Origin: an uncultured Candidatus Sumerlaeota bacterium
GTDB taxonomy: Bacteria > Sumerlaeota > Sumerlaeia > MWCT01 > JAUWMI01
Assembly (NCBI GenBank): GCA_964454265.1
Contig: CAYVXD010000013.1
Coordinates: 35,797 to 48,817 of the forward strand
DNA: 13,021 nt
Reading direction: 5' to 3'
Below, piece after piece: positions 12,870 to 13,021 of the stretch. Both the position numbers and the translations under genes were made by a program. The notes beneath the pieces are model-generated. The model saw nothing but the letters and a program-made list of their open reading frames with translations. It had not been told where the DNA came from and did not search any database. Position 1 is the first letter of the stretch. Each line of letters starts with the position of its first letter.

Positions 12870-13021
12870 TGTCATTACAAAATCAAAGGATGTAACCCTT
12901 TTGGAAATTTTGGATAGGGTTTTAAATAAAGGCGTAGTTATATCCGGGGATATAGTCATTTCCGTGGCTGATGTGGATCTTATATATTTAGGCTTAAAGG
13001 TATTGCTAAGTTCAGTGGAAA
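12862..13021 (+). CDS. GvpA/J/M-family gas vesicle structural protein (3'-partial, runs off the window)
   Basis: ATG 12862 overlaps the previous stop (ATGGATAA). MDNVITKSKDVTLLEILDRVLNKGVVISGDIVISVADVDLIYLGLKVLLSSVE contains the GvpA-family core LDRvLdKGvVi.gDi.isvadvdL; it is GvpJ/M-like rather than canonical GvpA. Confidence 0.8.
   Translation, partial: MDNVITKSKDVTLLEILDRVLNKGVVISGDIVISVADVDLIYLGLKVLLSSVE

Noticed and set aside
1-13021. CRISPR arrays, tRNA/rRNA genes, transposase/integrase genes, long direct repeats
   Set aside because: Nothing resembling spaced direct repeats, tRNA cloverleaf-sized conserved segments or transposase motifs was seen. The only repetition is the 99-nt periodicity inside the gvpC-like CDS and the paralogous gene families.

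Overview
The window is one dense, co-directional gas-vesicle (gvp) gene cluster; every credible gene is on the + strand, many with 1-8 nt overlaps or gaps. Structural and assembly genes recognised by motif are a GvpC-like repeat protein plus a partial upstream paralog, GvpN, a GvpO-like protein, two GvpJ/A-family proteins (one cut by the window end), GvpG, and four GvpF/L paralogs. Embedded in the cluster is an unusually large proteostasis/chaperone complement: an Hsp20 (GvpH-like), a Get3/ArsA-type ATPase, a Cdc48/VCP-type double-AAA unfoldase, a J-domain fused to the C-terminus of one GvpF/L paralog, and three small paralogous proteins built almost entirely of DnaJ-type CxxCxGxG zinc-finger repeats. 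Together these look like a 'split DnaJ' plus segregase module dedicated to gas-vesicle assembly; no intact Hsp70 is present, only an 84-aa actin/Hsp70-fold C-terminal fragment. Other points: a frameshifted GvpO-like pseudogene remnant, a 53-aa AbrB-like ORF missed by the ORF track, a winged-helix-like protein, and a few intergenic hairpins and uORF candidates. No rRNA, tRNA, CRISPR or transposase genes were seen. All minus-strand ORFs in the track lie antisense to well-supported + genes and are judged spurious.
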